Assembly: GCA_051362555.1 (NCBI GenBank)
Contig: CM120649.1
Location: forward strand, 6,076,001 to 6,140,000
Reading direction: 5' to 3'
DNA from: Lingula anatina
Taxonomy: Eukaryota > Animalia > Brachiopoda
DNA: 64,000 nt
Below the pieces are notes generated by a model. The model did not search any database. It saw nothing but the letters and a program-made list of their open reading frames with translations, and had not been told where the DNA came from. The translations under genes and the position numbers were made by a program. Shown here piece by piece: positions 62,974-64,000 of the stretch; positions within the stretch are counted from its first letter, which is position 1; every line of letters starts with the position of its first letter.

Positions 62974-63813
62974 TATATATGCAGCAAAGTCGGGTTATAA
63001 CGCTAGCATATTCCATCAAATGAGCGCAAATACACATGTCAATGTACTGGTAACTTATGAGTGACTATACAAGGATGCCTTGACTGTGCCGGTAGATCTG
63101 TCTTAACCTTATAATACTGAATATCTTATGACATGGAAGTCGATTACGTATACTACATAACCTTGATCATAACGGGTCGGGTTGCGCGAGTGTCATTTGC
63201 GGCTCACATGTACTAGTGGATTGGTTGTTGTCATGCAAATAGACTGGTCTGTGATACATGTTCAAACTTTGGTGCCCTTTGAGTTGTTAAGGTTAGCCCG
63301 GTCTTAATATTTACCCACTTACGTCACGTTAACCCTAACCTGTTTGAATCTAATTTTGGACGGGCTCCCTGTACACAAAGGTAGCTAAAGGGCTCGGGAG
63401 CAGACGATGAGATGCACTATTCATGCACAACAGCGATTCTGTGGACAAAATCGAATATTTATGACTGGTACTTTCACTATTTTAAGTGACGTGAAGTTGT
63501 GATGTGAGCACTAATGTCAGGGTGTCTACACAAAGGGTTCTTCTAGTGATATTGTTGGAACAGTTAAGTCGTTGACTGCGCCAGGAAATAATGGATGCAT
63601 CCCAACTCAATGTTTCACGCAGTGTTGCATGCTATTTAGTGCCACTGGGCACTTATTGCCGGGCAGTCGGGTCAAAAAGCTGCCCATGACGTCACATCTA
63701 TTCCATGATGCCAACACAAGTATAAATGCAACATAATATGGTATAATCGTTTATCTTTCTTTTAGGTCTCCAGCATAAGAGAACGTGCTCAGCGCTTCTT
63801 ATTTTCGGAAAAC

Positions 63814-64000
63814 ATGGAACTCATCGTCTGGTTTGCCTTTAGTGTGAGTCGGTTCTTTGTCCACTCCCTACAGAACTTATGGTGGAGATACAATGGCATT
63901 ACCAACACTCTGAAACTAACCCGGGCCGGAGAGTTGTACGAACAATCCGCACATATTTTAGATATTCACTGGAGATACAAATGGGACGTCATTCCGCCAA
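63814..64000 (+). CDS. Sulfotransferase-like gene, copy 2 (5' part; truncated by window end)
   Basis: MELIVWFAFSVSRFFVHSLQNLWWRYNG.. is near-identical to the sequence from 50038 onward, with the same upstream acceptor. Confidence 0.8.
   Translation, partial: MELIVWFAFSVSRFFVHSLQNLWWRYNGITNTLKLTRAGELYEQSAHILDIHWRYKWDVIPP

Larger units (their letters stand above)
51950..64000 (+). repeat. Segmental duplication unit B (GXYLT-like copy 3 + sulfotransferase-like copy 2; runs off the window)
   Basis: Colinear with 42700-50225 apart from indels and a 4.5-kb insertion. Confidence 0.9.

Overview
AT-rich, intron-containing animal genomic DNA. A marine invertebrate, probably a lophotrochozoan, is inferred from the gene families and repeats. 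From left to right the window holds: (1) a complex ~140-bp satellite-like array (~1.2-8.9 kb) interrupted by a young, structurally complete Ty3/Gypsy (Mag-like) LTR retrotransposon (2953-7569); (2) a fibrinogen-domain pseudogene fragment, a CR1/L2-type LINE remnant and a modular foldback element; (3) a minus-strand gene for a cysteine-rich SMB-containing protein that resembles an invertebrate family-B/Mth-like GPCR ectodomain but ends in a GPI-like tail with no 7TM; (4) a secreted F-type lectin + PAN/Apple gene with two candidate signal-peptide first exons; (5) three tandem 6-exon GT8 glucoside-xylosyltransferase (GXYLT)-like genes. The last two GXYLT-like genes are each followed by a PAPS-dependent sulfotransferase-like gene, forming a duplicated GT8+sulfotransferase cassette. 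Many MITEs and Helentron-associated (HINE-like) elements are present. Comparing the duplicated cassettes by eye shows filled versus empty transposon sites, and a dense cluster of TA-flanked micro-insertions (TAGGCCTA, TACATGTA, TACCGGTA) that look like DNA-transposon excision footprints just downstream of the putative TSS. Coordinates and alignments were read manually; no database searches were run.
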